From a virus (lineage: Duplodnaviria; Heunggongvirae; Uroviricota; Caudoviricetes): a DNA stretch of 64,000 nucleotides. The notes under the pieces were generated by a model that was not told the DNA's origin, ran no database searches, and worked only from the letters and a program-made list of their open reading frames with translations. The translations under genes and the position numbers were made by a program. The stretch lies in IMG/VR virus record IMGVR_UViG_3300044878_000087, positions 66,432 to 130,431 of that record, one strand, 5' to 3'. This document shows, piece by piece, positions 8,840-18,867 of this stretch; within the stretch, counting starts at the first letter, position 1, and every line of letters begins with the position of its first letter.

Positions 8840-10756
8840 TTAGTACATCAGACCAGTTGCACCGCCTACCGATGGAGCGTAGACGTTTTGGTTCGTCATG
8901 TAGGAAGTTACGTTCGCTACACCTTGAACGTTCATGCCAGCCAGAGCCATGTTGCCTTGGAAGCGCTGACCACCGAATACGGAGCCAACGTTGTCCATGG
9001 TGACTGCGATACCAGCTTTCAGCTGAGCAGCATCCATAGCAGCAACCAGTTTCGGGTTGATGATGGCACGAGTTACACGACCAGCGCTGGTAACGTTACC
9101 CAGGTATTGCTTGTCGTACTGCTCGGACTTCTTCAGACGAACTTCTGGGTGGACGTTCGGGTTGCACTTGGCAGCGTACCAGTCCATGAACTCAGCAACA
9201 ACACCATCGCACGCGTTCAGAGCGTACAGGGTGTCGAGATCACGACGGTCACGACGTTCACCGTTTTCATCTGGGTAGTAACCCAGCTGGAAGTCGGTAC
9301 CGTATGGACGGAACAGCCACTCGTTGGCAACGTCGAACACGGAGGTGAAGTTATCACGACCGTACAGGTTGCACAGGATGCGGATCAGGCCAGCTTTAGC
9401 AGCTTGCTCGTTTGCACCACCCATCGAGTCGATGATCATGGTTTCGATGAACGAGTTATCGCCCATGCGGTCCAGGTCGATCATGATCACTGGGTTCTGC
9501 TGTACTTGGGAGTACATCAGACCAGCGAAGTCTTGCTCGGTGAAGGTATCGGACTTGGTTTCGACTTTGATGCCAGCTGCAGTCAGGTAACCAACAGCAC
9601 CGATGTCACGTGGGTCTTTGATGCGACCGATGGTTGGCAGGAACTGTTTAGCCCAGCCTTGACCGTTGGTTGCACGGAAAGCGTTACCCAGCGAGAAGAA
9701 GTACATCTCAGGAGTGTTCGCCATGATCCAGCCAGCTTGCTTGACCGCGGTTACGACCAGAGCAGGCATGAATGGAGCAGGTACTGGACCTTGTGGCACG
9801 CCGTAGACTTGTGGTACTTGCTGAGGCGAGTATTCCAGGTCGGTGAACATTGCTACCGAGTTCAGCTGAGAGTCAGCATCGTAGTACTCGTTCTCTTGAA
9901 CGTTCTGACCGTTGTTCTTCTTGCGGCGCTGCAGGGTGACGACGATGTCGGCACGCTGAGGGATACCAGTGTTCGATTCCATCGGAGTACCGGTGTAATC
10001 GATAGTGGCAGCCAGGATCTCGTCGGAAGACTGCAGGTCGGTAGCCAGGGAGAACGGACGCTCATCGCTCAGACGAGCCATGGTATCTTCAACCGAGTTG
10101 ACTGCTTTGATCAGCAGGTTGCGCACAACCAGCTTATCTTCGAAATCGAATTCAGCGTGGATCGCTTGTGGACCAGCGTTGTATACGTCGGCACCTGGGT
10201 GACCAGTTACTTGACGAACGTGAGCAACGATACGGGACCAGTACAGCGGGGTGAAGATGTCGCTAGCGTCTGGCTTGGTTTCGAACTTGTCGAAGGTGCT
10301 GAAGCCGTTAGCGATCTGGAAGGTCTTCGGCTTGACGTTGACCGAGTTGTCGACGATCGGCAGAGCTTTAACCAGGATGGCTGGCTTGCCACGGTTGTCA
10401 ACCAGTTTCAGAACCAGGATCGATGCCATCGCTACTTGGTGAGCGGTACGGTCGAAGCGGAACAGGTGGAAACCATCGGACAGATCTTGCTGTTCGATTG
10501 CTTCTTTCTGAGCATCCTGGAATGCAACGAAAGCTTTGGTAGTACGAGCGTCGTTACCATCGGCACGACCGGAACGGGAGAAGCGGGTGTTCAGAGTGCT
10601 GATACCGCCGGAAACTGGGAGAGCTGCTTGTGCTGTCATTTGCTGTGGTGCCTGAGGTTGTTGGGTTGCAGGTGCTACGAATGGGGTTTGGTTTACCGCT
10701 GGTGCAACTTGAATTTGTTGTGCTGCGGATGCTTGTTCTTGCTTGTTAACTGCCAT
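8840..10756 (-). CDS. chmA: chimallin, major phage nuclear shell protein
   Basis: 638 aa from MAVNK (upstream AAAGGA). Q/A-rich N-terminus and segments FRFDRTAHQV, RADIVVTLQR, NTPEMYFFSLGNAFR, RDRRDLD, GQRFQGN match the 201phi2-1 gp105 sequence as I recall it. Confidence 0.95.
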   Translation of the reverse strand: MAVNKQEQASAAQQIQVAPAVNQTPFVAPATQQPQAPQQMTAQAALPVSGGISTLNTRFSRSGRADGNDARTTKAFVAFQDAQKEAIEQQDLSDGFHLFRFDRTAHQVAMASILVLKLVDNRGKPAILVKALPIVDNSVNVKPKTFQIANGFSTFDKFETKPDASDIFTPLYWSRIVAHVRQVTGHPGADVYNAGPQAIHAEFDFEDKLVVRNLLIKAVNSVEDTMARLSDERPFSLATDLQSSDEILAATIDYTGTPMESNTGIPQRADIVVTLQRRKKNNGQNVQENEYYDADSQLNSVAMFTDLEYSPQQVPQVYGVPQGPVPAPFMPALVVTAVKQAGWIMANTPEMYFFSLGNAFRATNGQGWAKQFLPTIGRIKDPRDIGAVGYLTAAGIKVETKSDTFTEQDFAGLMYSQVQQNPVIMIDLDRMGDNSFIETMIIDSMGGANEQAAKAGLIRILCNLYGRDNFTSVFDVANEWLFRPYGTDFQLGYYPDENGERRDRRDLDTLYALNACDGVVAEFMDWYAAKCNPNVHPEVRLKKSEQYDKQYLGNVTSAGRVTRAIINPKLVAAMDAAQLKAGIAVTMDNVGSVFGGQRFQGNMALAGMNVQGVANVTSYMTNQNVYAPSVGGATGLMY

Positions 10757-10830
10757 GCTGCTGTTCCTTTTACGAATTCGCTTTTCTTGATCAAGAAAGG
10801 ACATTCCATATGCTGGAGAGTGTCCTAGTA

Positions 10831-10852
10831 GTTATATAGATCTGAGATTTTT
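10831..10852 (-). promoter_or_regulatory. early-type promoter motif upstream of chmA
   Basis: AAAAATCTCAGATCTATATAAC on the minus strand. Confidence 0.7.
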
Positions 10853-11040
10853 TCGATTCAGGCAATATAACTACCGCGCAATAAGCGCTAATGTTTCAGA
10901 CGGGTTTGTCTGCTATATGATTACATACAAACACCATTTAGTTTCAAACCCATCTGGAGTGTGGGCCATACACTTAACCATTCAACTACCTTTCGGCAAT
11001 CTCCTGTATTAAATGATAGCACTCAGTATTTTATTCCGCG

Positions 11041-12348
11041 TTAGCGAATTGGTGAGGCCTTCAATGGGTTGATGTACATACCCATGTCACCATTCAGGTG
11101 TGCATGTTGTGGAGCATTACCGCGACCCAGATGTGGTTGGAACGTGGTGTGGTTGTGCGTTTGAGCAGCTACCGATAGAGCACGCTGTTTGTTGAGTACC
11201 AGGGTACCCAGGCGATCTGCCAGCACGCCAGTACGTTCCAGGACTTGTGCTTCCGAAGCATCAGCTGGCAAGGAGCGACGAGCGAGACCTTTCAGATAGT
11301 TGATGCCTTCACCGACATTGGTAGTAGGTGCATCATTGGCCAGACACTCAAGAGCATCGTCAACGATCTTGTCAACGTTAGCCTGACGTACAGCTTCGGC
11401 TTGACGTTTGGTGTTTTCTTGTTGCGATACAGTGCGCTCGTTCATTGCAGCGATAGCACTGTTGACGCGGGCGAGACCATCGTGTTGTGCGATGTTGCGA
11501 GCAACGATCTGTTTGGCTACAGCATTCTTGTAGATGGACAGTTCGTATTCGTCGTGGATGGCAGTAGGAACGATGCTATCCGGTTTGGCTTGATACTGCA
11601 TCAGTTTAGCCAGGCGGGAAACCAGGCGACGCTGTTGACGCAGGAGATCTTGACCTTCGTACTTGCCAACCAGCTCGGCCAGTTGACGTGTGAATTCAGG
11701 GATCAGTTTGTTGGTGATGTAACCTTGGATAGCTTCCACACTTGCCGCTTTCTGAACTTCTTCAGAGATCGGGAACACTTTTGGTTCTGGTGCGAACCGT
11801 TGATCTGGTACTACATGAATACCACGCTCACCAGTCAGTTGCAGGAGATCGCGCAGGTATTTCGGAATGTCGGCAGGGAGTTGAGCCTGCGTAGGTTTGT
11901 GGTTACGCAGTTGTTCCAGCGTAGGCATTGCGCCGCCGAACTCTTCTTTCAAATCGCTGCTCATTGCAGCAGCCATATCTGAGCCAAAGAAGTTGGCCAG
12001 GAATTCCATAAAGCCTTCTTCGGAAGGATGTTGTTGCTTGGTGTTTTGCATTGCTTCACGACCCTTTTGCATAAGTGCTTCTTGAGTTACTGGTTGCAGC
12101 GGCGAAGTTGTTTGTGAGAGCAGCTTCAACAATGGGTGGTCCATGTTAAGCTCACCAGAACTTTTGTCATTCCCACATACGCCACAGCCGCAGCAAGATT
12201 GACCGGAGAGCTCAGTTTGACCGTAATCCATTTTGTTATCCTTAAGTAGAGAAAAGATGTCTTGGTTCCGCGATGCTGCATTTACGAAGTCTTCTTCATT
12301 ACCACTGAAGCCGATGCTACGTGCAATTTCATATGCACTTGGAGGCAT
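11041..12348 (-). CDS. hypothetical helical protein upstream of chmA
   Basis: 435 aa; N-terminal SAYEIARSIGFSGNEEDF motif, CCGCGVC cluster, coiled-coil-like C-terminal half. Confidence 0.8.
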   Translation of the reverse strand: MPPSAYEIARSIGFSGNEEDFVNAASRNQDIFSLLKDNKMDYGQTELSGQSCCGCGVCGNDKSSGELNMDHPLLKLLSQTTSPLQPVTQEALMQKGREAMQNTKQQHPSEEGFMEFLANFFGSDMAAAMSSDLKEEFGGAMPTLEQLRNHKPTQAQLPADIPKYLRDLLQLTGERGIHVVPDQRFAPEPKVFPISEEVQKAASVEAIQGYITNKLIPEFTRQLAELVGKYEGQDLLRQQRRLVSRLAKLMQYQAKPDSIVPTAIHDEYELSIYKNAVAKQIVARNIAQHDGLARVNSAIAAMNERTVSQQENTKRQAEAVRQANVDKIVDDALECLANDAPTTNVGEGINYLKGLARRSLPADASEAQVLERTGVLADRLGTLVLNKQRALSVAAQTHNHTTFQPHLGRGNAPQHAHLNGDMGMYINPLKASPIR

Positions 12349-12383
12349 TACATTTCCTTAGGGCTGGTATATCCAAATCAATG

Positions 12384-12403
12384 ATATATATCTGAGATTT
12401 TTT
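12384..12403 (-). promoter_or_regulatory. early-type promoter motif variant
   Basis: AAAAAATCTCAGATATATATC upstream of the 435-aa gene. Confidence 0.55.
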
Positions 12404-12419
12404 GCAATGGAATTAAAAC

Positions 12420-13499
12420 ATGTACGCACTCTTCCGAGATGACCCAATTGGTAGCAAGGGGGTCACGTATGATCCCAAACGTCCGTATATCCAACGCCAA
12501 GTGCGTCAGCAGATTCTGGACGTAACAAACTACTATCGGCGCTTCCCGAAGATAGTGGACAGCACTAATTTAATTGCAATGATTATTAACCACTTCGTAA
12601 TCGAATACCGAAGTGATGATGCCCAGTGGGCAAAGAAAGTGGAAGACCAAGCACGTGGTCTGATTCGCACGCTTGGTTTGTGCGATGCTATTAATAGAGG
12701 AAAGATCTTCGAAACCGGGGCAACCCTAGGGCCACAGTGTGAGGAAGTTGTCATTTCTTCTATTGAGCGATTTGACACCACCAACCTAAAGGCTAAATGG
12801 CGCGACCTAAAACCGCTACGTTATTTGTATCACTCGCGCAGTGACATCAACTTGCCTATCATGAATAACAAAACTCCAGGTAAAGGCTATGGGGTGCTGT
12901 CAATCAATATCCCATTGCTGATGGTTCAATACCGACACTGGGCGTTCCATAACTTCGGGACTACTGAACCCGATGCTATTAACCTGTACAAGTTCATTGG
13001 TTCTTACGCTTTGGTGAATTGCCTAGAATCCTATTTGGAGATTGCGTATTTCAATCGGCTATCACGTATGGCTTACAAAATGCCAACCACGCGGTATCCA
13101 TTACCACATCCTTTCTATATACCTGACCTTACACCTGTAACAGACCAGATGGCTAAGAACACTCTAAGCCAACGAGCGATGCGTACAGGCATGGTAGTTG
13201 AACTAGCACAGATGACACCGATGTTGCTGGCGGACTCACTGTACGACGTTCTCAAGCTGCCTAAGGGACCAGTTACACTGCAGAACGAATGGGCACTAGC
13301 ATTAGCACGAGTTCCTTTTATTAAGTACTTGATCGACAGCCTAAAACAAGCTCCGAGTTATGACCGGACTCAAACTAACGAGATCCTACATGAACTAAGA
13401 GAATCGGTACATTCCCAGTCATTGCGTATGAATGGTGGTTCACCGATGATGCAACGCTTGTTGAAAGATGTAGAAGAACTTATTCGTGAATTGACATAA
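12420..13499 (+). CDS. conserved jumbo-phage protein (position of phiKZ gp52)
   Basis: 359-aa ORF divergent from the chimallin operon, ending at a hairpin. Confidence 0.8.
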   Translation: MYALFRDDPIGSKGVTYDPKRPYIQRQVRQQILDVTNYYRRFPKIVDSTNLIAMIINHFVIEYRSDDAQWAKKVEDQARGLIRTLGLCDAINRGKIFETGATLGPQCEEVVISSIERFDTTNLKAKWRDLKPLRYLYHSRSDINLPIMNNKTPGKGYGVLSINIPLLMVQYRHWAFHNFGTTEPDAINLYKFIGSYALVNCLESYLEIAYFNRLSRMAYKMPTTRYPLPHPFYIPDLTPVTDQMAKNTLSQRAMRTGMVVELAQMTPMLLADSLYDVLKLPKGPVTLQNEWALALARVPFIKYLIDSLKQAPSYDRTQTNEILHELRESVHSQSLRMNGGSPMMQRLLKDVEELIRELT

Positions 13500-13501
13500 G
13501 C

Positions 13502-13528
13502 GCCTTCCCCTAGGGGAAGGCTTTATGC
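13502..13528. terminator. bidirectional terminator
   Basis: GCCTTCCCC TA GGGGAAGGC between convergent genes; TTTATGC 3' on plus, TTATGTC 3' on minus. Confidence 0.8.
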
Positions 13529-13530
13529 TG

Positions 13531-13869
13531 TTAATCGTTTTTACATGCCATCACTTCGGCGGGAGTGTAGTATGGCGTACCGAACGATGTCCGTGCACAA
13601 CGATCCCATATTTCACTGGTAGTACGTTCACGATGATTAGGTTGAGCGCGTTTAATAGCAGTCCATACCTTATCCGCTAAAAGACTACCACTACCAGGTC
13701 CGATGCGATGGTCTTGCCATCCAACAACCTTAGCGCGTTTCTTCTTTTGCTTACGCGGCTTTGGAGAGTTCTTCTTCAACGACATCACCTTGGGCGAGTT
13801 GATCGAATTTGGCTTCGGTTTCTTCAGGCTTGGATTCATCCGCGCCTTCGTATGCAACGTAGTCGGCAA
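13531..13869 (-). CDS. possible small basic protein, start uncertain
   Basis: Fills the gap before the terminator but overlaps the upstream ORF by 119 nt. Confidence 0.35.
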   Translation of the reverse strand: MPTTLHTKARMNPSLKKPKPNSINSPKVMSLKKNSPKPRKQKKKRAKVVGWQDHRIGPGSGSLLADKVWTAIKRAQPNHRERTTSEIWDRCARTSFGTPYYTPAEVMACKND

Positions 13870-14608
13870 CTTGGGTGTTTTCCCAATCTACCGAGGTGTT
13901 CAGATCCAGGTCTTGCTTCTCACCAGCAGCATCGGTGAGGATCATGTAGTGCTTGTAGATGAAGTACTCGTACACTTGTTCCAGAGTACGGGACTGGCCT
14001 TGCACGTCGGTCATCAGCGTTGGGTTAGCTTCGATGGTGGCCTTCGGGAAGAAGTCATGGCACTTGGTGTTTTCTTTTGCAGCGAAGAATGCTTCTGCTT
14101 GACGAACACCCAGCAGTTCGGTCAGTTCTTTCTTGGCCAGTTGAGCAGCCTGGATCTGACGAGCTTGTTGTGGGGTACGGATCGAGCAGGCGTACAGTTT
14201 GTTCAGGATGTGTTGGGTCTGTGCTTGACGTTGTGCACCTTGCAGATATTTCTTCATCTGCTTGCCCATGATCTTCTGTTGTTTCAGTTGCTTCTTGGTC
14301 AGAGGCTTGATCGGGGTTTGGGTAGAAGCTACAACTTCTTCCAGGGATTCTTTAACGACTTCGTCGCCACCCAGTGCAACTTTGGCTTCGTCGAATGCAC
14401 GACGTTGTTCGGTGGTGATAGCGCGTACTTCAGATGCGGCCAGGATATCCAGTTGTTTGGTTACGTCTTGCATGATTCCGTTTTCCTTGAGAGATTGGGT
14501 TATTGCGAACGAGCTGGTTAAGATTGCAACTTCGTTCTGATAAACTTTTTCGAGATGTGCTTCAGCAGCTAGCCATTCTTCGGCTTCGGTAGGTTCATCT
14601 AGATGCAT
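13751..14608 (-). CDS. hypothetical helical protein
   Basis: 285-aa ORF, K/Q-rich middle. Confidence 0.75.
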   Translation of the reverse strand: MHLDEPTEAEEWLAAEAHLEKVYQNEVAILTSSFAITQSLKENGIMQDVTKQLDILAASEVRAITTEQRRAFDEAKVALGGDEVVKESLEEVVASTQTPIKPLTKKQLKQQKIMGKQMKKYLQGAQRQAQTQHILNKLYACSIRTPQQARQIQAAQLAKKELTELLGVRQAEAFFAAKENTKCHDFFPKATIEANPTLMTDVQGQSRTLEQVYEYFIYKHYMILTDAAGEKQDLDLNTSVDWENTQVADYVAYEGADESKPEETEAKFDQLAQGDVVEEELSKAA

Positions 14609-14644
14609 GATAAGCCTTACATTAAATGGGGGTCGTGGGTATTA

Positions 14645-14989
14645 TTAATCACTGTAGCTGGATGATAACACAATACCGAATGGTACAGTTGGTTCCGCTC
14701 CGCCAAGCACCGTGGCTTTCCAATGTGCCCGTGAGATAACGTGATCAGTTTCATCAAAGCCTTGCGAGCTATACTCGAAGTACTCTTCCACGGTAGTCGG
14801 TAGCCCTTTATAAAGAAGGCCCCTTACTTTTTCGATCAGTGGTTCTGATGGATCATCAGACCAGTTACCGATCCTGGCTGCCTTGAATAGTGCATCTTCT
14901 TCTGTTTCTGCACAAACAACAAATCCATAGAACTCGCCATATGTGCCAAAGCCTTTTCGTTCAATGTGCCACAGGTTCATTGCTGTCAT
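14645..14989 (-). CDS. hypothetical protein
   Basis: 114-aa ORF in a tightly packed run. Confidence 0.7.
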   Translation of the reverse strand: MTAMNLWHIERKGFGTYGEFYGFVVCAETEEDALFKAARIGNWSDDPSEPLIEKVRGLLYKGLPTTVEEYFEYSSQGFDETDHVISRAHWKATVLGGAEPTVPFGIVLSSSYSD

Positions 14990-15359
14990 CTACGAATCCT
15001 TTAATGTCAATTGCACGCATTTCATTTTGAAGTTCATTCATTCGCCGATGATGGTCGGCTTTCTGATCGCCGATCTTCTTCTGGACATGAGCACGCATCC
15101 TTTCCATGGCTAATTCAGGATCAAGGATACCTACCTCAGAAGCACCGCCCCAATGACCAGCAGTGTAATGTGGAACAACAACTAATTCGCCACGATCGTT
15201 AATAATGGACAATGCCATCGCTGTACTGAAAGTTTGGTGTATGTTCGCATCGTACCACTTTGCCGAAGTGATAGCGCTTTCAGCAGGCAAACCAGTTTCA
15301 TCGAGCATGCAGCGCCACTTGCACGTCTCACCAATTTTAAAGATTACGTCGTAGTTCAT
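14961..15359 (-). CDS. hypothetical protein
   Basis: 132-aa ORF, ATGA-coupled to the upstream gene. Confidence 0.7.
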   Translation of the reverse strand: MNYDVIFKIGETCKWRCMLDETGLPAESAITSAKWYDANIHQTFSTAMALSIINDRGELVVVPHYTAGHWGGASEVGILDPELAMERMRAHVQKKIGDQKADHHRRMNELQNEMRAIDIKGFVDDSNEPVAH

Positions 15360-15760
15360 ATTTCGCCTTTGTTGATCTTGTCGCGTTGTTCTTGTAGTGA
15401 CACCAGGATACGTTGGTATTCGATAGTAGCGTCTGTTACAAGTCGGCCAATCCAGGCAAGCTTGCGTTCTTTAATTACAGCATCTGGCATTTGCGACGTT
15501 ACGGTTTTAATGCCAGCACTATGAATACCATACCCTACCCAGTGGGTTGCCTTTTCCCCCAGGTCATTTACTAGTTCGACTTCTGTGTTGTGGTAGTTCG
15601 ATACAACCACTACCGCGGGATATGCTTTTCCGATTGTGAGATGATCATGATGATCACGTTCTTCCGGGGGCAGCGAAAGATTAGGTTTGATTTCCTGGTT
15701 GACAATGAAGTTTACTTTATCACCAACGCGTAGAATTGCATCGGGTGGAAAATGTCGCAT
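15356..15760 (-). CDS. hypothetical protein
   Basis: 134-aa ORF with upstream AAGGA. Confidence 0.7.
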   Translation of the reverse strand: MRHFPPDAILRVGDKVNFIVNQEIKPNLSLPPEERDHHDHLTIGKAYPAVVVVSNYHNTEVELVNDLGEKATHWVGYGIHSAGIKTVTSQMPDAVIKERKLAWIGRLVTDATIEYQRILVSLQEQRDKINKGEI

Positions 15761-15783
15761 GCTGAGTCCTTGTGGACATAAGC

Positions 15784-15799
15784 CCTTCCCGAAGGAAGG
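15784..15799 (-). terminator. UUCG-loop terminator hairpin
   Basis: CCTTCC TTCG GGAAGG followed by GCTTATGTCC. Confidence 0.65.
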
Positions 15800-15807
15800 A
15801 CCATGTG

Positions 15808-16608
15808 TTAATCGTATTTGCGAACAGTCTGACGGAAGAACTCTTTCAAGTATCTGTCATCAGGCTTTTCTTTAGCTTCGACAGTGATCTTGCGATAATC
15901 TTCCAACTTATTCCAGATGAAGTTATCCAGTTCAGGAATGCGTGGACCTACACGAGTTTCTTCGCCAGCCATCTTCAGTGCCATCAATTCGTCCAGTGCA
16001 GCTTGGAGTGATGGTGACGGAGAATAGTCAGCTACGAGTCGCTCGTATTCGGTTGGGGGCATCGTTCCATACCTCAATACCCACTCGTTAGCAAACAGTG
16101 GGCGTAATGCATAGAAGTACTTCTTGTAGATAACCTCATCGTGATCCCAGATGAATCGTTTCCAGGTACCGCTAGCCAGGTTCAGATAGTGGTTGAATGC
16201 AGCATCCGGATTGAACTGACGTAGTGCCATTTGCGCTAGGTCATAGCGCTCCAGTTCGTACATGTACACTAGCGGTGAGTTCAGCCATTCCAACAATGCT
16301 GGGTTGGACTTGCGCAACAGGCCCAAGGTTTTACCCAAGGACCAGCCACTCATATCCAGATCCAGTTCAGGGATTTGCCAATCGATCACGTTACGTTGTC
16401 TGTCGATATCCAAGTGCCAGTCAATCTTCGGCACGTAGATAAAGCGTACATCGAAATCACTATTGGTTGAAGCGAAGCCCCATGCACGGCTTCCTGATTC
16501 ACATGCGTACAAGACTGTCACATTGTGTTCAGTCTCGATACGACGAAGTTCTTTGACAACACGTGCACGGATATCAGCCGGCAAAGGATGCTGCGTTTCA
16601 AAATCCAT
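15808..16608 (-). CDS. RlaP-type Pol-beta-superfamily nucleotidyltransferase (PF10127-like)
   Basis: VLYACESGSRAWGFASTNSDFDVRFIY, LLRKSNP.LLEWLNSP and KKYFYALRP are characteristic of the family. Confidence 0.85.
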   Translation of the reverse strand: MDFETQHPLPADIRARVVKELRRIETEHNVTVLYACESGSRAWGFASTNSDFDVRFIYVPKIDWHLDIDRQRNVIDWQIPELDLDMSGWSLGKTLGLLRKSNPALLEWLNSPLVYMYELERYDLAQMALRQFNPDAAFNHYLNLASGTWKRFIWDHDEVIYKKYFYALRPLFANEWVLRYGTMPPTEYERLVADYSPSPSLQAALDELMALKMAGEETRVGPRIPELDNFIWNKLEDYRKITVEAKEKPDDRYLKEFFRQTVRKYD

Positions 16609-18755
16609 TAATAGAAATCCGAGATCAGTCGGGAGTTGTTTGCATCGATCAAGAAGATCCCCAAGGATTCCATGATCAAATAGAACACGCCCATGGTGTT
16701 AGAGATGATTGTACGAACGTCAGCAACACGAGTGATTGCTTCCGGCACACCCATGTTTTCAACTACGGAAGCTGGAACGTTGATCGAGGTCAGTCCAGTC
16801 TTCTTGTTAGCCAGTGCCCATTCTTTCAGGCGCATACCCAAACGCTTGTCTTCGATGCTATCGAACCACTCATTCATCTTCGTGCGGTTAGACGCAGTCA
16901 GAGAGATTTTGTAGAACGAGTATGGAGGTGCAGGGATATCACCATAGGAAGGACCGAAGATGTCTTTCCAGAACAGATACTTCTTATACGTGTCGTTATC
17001 TTCTTCAGACTTGTACGCGTTGGATTGCTTGCACTGACCAGTAGTCAGATACTCAGCTTTACCGGTACGAACCGATACGTAGATAGACCGTTCCATGTCT
17101 GCGATGTCTTTCAGGATTACAGGCAAGTCCAGTGGTGTTTCAGACTTAACACTGTCGATGATGTGCGACATCAGTTTCTTCGCAGCCTTGTTAACAAACG
17201 GCTGAACCTTAGAGTCTCGTAGACCTACCCCTTTAACTTCCATACGGGCTTGTTCGAACATGATACCTTCTACCGCATCTTGCGATGCAAAGTAGTGCTT
17301 CGATCGAGTCGTCAAAGACAACACGGCGAAGTAGTATTCGTTCTTCATAGCCAGCAGTCGAAGCTTGTCTTCTGCTACACCCATGTTGGCCGATTGGATC
17401 GCCAGGATGTGCATTACAACTTCAGATACCAAGAACACCAGACCGAACACCAGACGCTTAGCTTCAGGTGTAAAGCACACGCGGCCATGGAACTCTTCAA
17501 CCCAGAACTGCATTGTAAACATCGTGGAGTCTGTGTCGGAGATAACTGCGGCACGACGATACGAGTCTTTGAATGCATGAATCGAGTGTGGGATGTTCTT
17601 TGTCAGGTACAACGCGTCAATCAGTTCACGATGGTAGTCCAAACCGTCTACAACCGACTTACAGGTCGAATGCAGCAGATCGAATACCTCAGGGTTCTCA
17701 TTGGCAATACGTTCATCAGAGCGACCACGTACTTGTTCGAAGCACAGGAACTTGACCAGCAGCTTCAAGTCACCATCTTTCAAACTATCGTATTCAGCTT
17801 TGGTCATTGTGTTCTGATTATCACCCACCTGGGAAATCGATTCCAGAAAACGGCGAGTCGGAACAGGGTTATGTTTATTCAGGTGATACAGATCCCCGAC
17901 GTACATAACAGCAGCACGTTGCAATGGAGTCATGCCCATAGCCATCTGACGAATGTGCTGGGTATAAACTCGGTTCTGCCAATAGTTCTTCGTCGAGTAC
18001 AGGACCATATCAACTACGTCTTCTGCGCTCGGGTACACCAACCCGTACTTATCAATAGCGGCCTGGAGTTTATCCATATCCGTCAAGTTGATAATTGAAA
18101 CCAAGTTTGCCTTGGTAACTTCTGGGTTGTAATAATGACGGTTGCCCATCAGGAACTTCTCGTTGTTTGCGTTTGCATACGACGTTGCCACACGGCAGGT
18201 CGAAGTCAACGAAGAGTGTGTAGACTTGTAATACAGAATGGTGGCGGCACTAACCGTAGCTCCTGAATAGGAGTTATTGTTAATTTTGAAGTTCTCTTGC
18301 TCGCCCTTACGGACGGAAGCAAGTTCAAAGTCACCATCTTGTTCAGCAGCCATTTGCTGACCTTTAACCCGCTTACGGTTAGCAACACCTTCCTTAATGT
18401 AGATGGCGTGTGTCGATTGACGAACCGATTCTGGCAGGTATGCTGTCAGCGATGGGGACAACAGCAAGTTTTGTTTCTCGACTCGTTTAAGGAATCCCAT
18501 AAACGTAGTCACTTTCTTCGATCGGTCACCATTCATGTTCTTATCGAGCACGTAGGTCTTCGGATCGAGCAATGGGAACTTACCGGATGTACGGAATTGT
18601 TCCCGCACCCATGTCGCGCACTGTTCGTACGGAGCCAGGGTCATGAGTTGCAAGTACCTTGCGTTATCAGCAATAGCGCCTTCAATGATGTCCAAGTCGC
18701 GAGCATACGCAGACGTTGGCAGCATAAAAGGGTTTGGTAATTCGGGGAGTGCCAT
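16608..18755 (-). CDS. family-B DNA polymerase subunit (phiKZ gp50-like)
   Basis: Motif B-like FKINNNSYSG, motif C ISDTDS, KHYFA, VKGVGL; SD GAGGTG. No recognisable DxxSLYPS or exonuclease motifs, consistent with the split phiKZ polymerase. Confidence 0.88.
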   Translation of the reverse strand: MALPELPNPFMLPTSAYARDLDIIEGAIADNARYLQLMTLAPYEQCATWVREQFRTSGKFPLLDPKTYVLDKNMNGDRSKKVTTFMGFLKRVEKQNLLLSPSLTAYLPESVRQSTHAIYIKEGVANRKRVKGQQMAAEQDGDFELASVRKGEQENFKINNNSYSGATVSAATILYYKSTHSSLTSTCRVATSYANANNEKFLMGNRHYYNPEVTKANLVSIINLTDMDKLQAAIDKYGLVYPSAEDVVDMVLYSTKNYWQNRVYTQHIRQMAMGMTPLQRAAVMYVGDLYHLNKHNPVPTRRFLESISQVGDNQNTMTKAEYDSLKDGDLKLLVKFLCFEQVRGRSDERIANENPEVFDLLHSTCKSVVDGLDYHRELIDALYLTKNIPHSIHAFKDSYRRAAVISDTDSTMFTMQFWVEEFHGRVCFTPEAKRLVFGLVFLVSEVVMHILAIQSANMGVAEDKLRLLAMKNEYYFAVLSLTTRSKHYFASQDAVEGIMFEQARMEVKGVGLRDSKVQPFVNKAAKKLMSHIIDSVKSETPLDLPVILKDIADMERSIYVSVRTGKAEYLTTGQCKQSNAYKSEEDNDTYKKYLFWKDIFGPSYGDIPAPPYSFYKISLTASNRTKMNEWFDSIEDKRLGMRLKEWALANKKTGLTSINVPASVVENMGVPEAITRVADVRTIISNTMGVFYLIMESLGIFLIDANNSRLISDFY

Positions 18756-18797
18756 CAATACACCTCTGTAGGCGTTGACGGAACCTCAGGAAAAAAT

Positions 18798-18817
18798 AGT
18801 GCTACCGAAGCAGCACT
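18798..18817 (-). terminator. UUCG-loop terminator hairpin
   Basis: AGTGCTGC TTCG GTAGCACT followed by ATTTTTT. Confidence 0.75.
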
Positions 18818-18867
18818 TCAAGAGTATCACATCAACAAACATTCACAGAGTGTTGGGTTGATGAGTA

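Noticed and set aside
8888-10828. 646-aa plus-strand ORF antisense to chimallin
   Set aside because: Shadow ORF in register with a highly expressed gene whose codon bias avoids CTA/TTA/TCA; no protein motifs or start signals.
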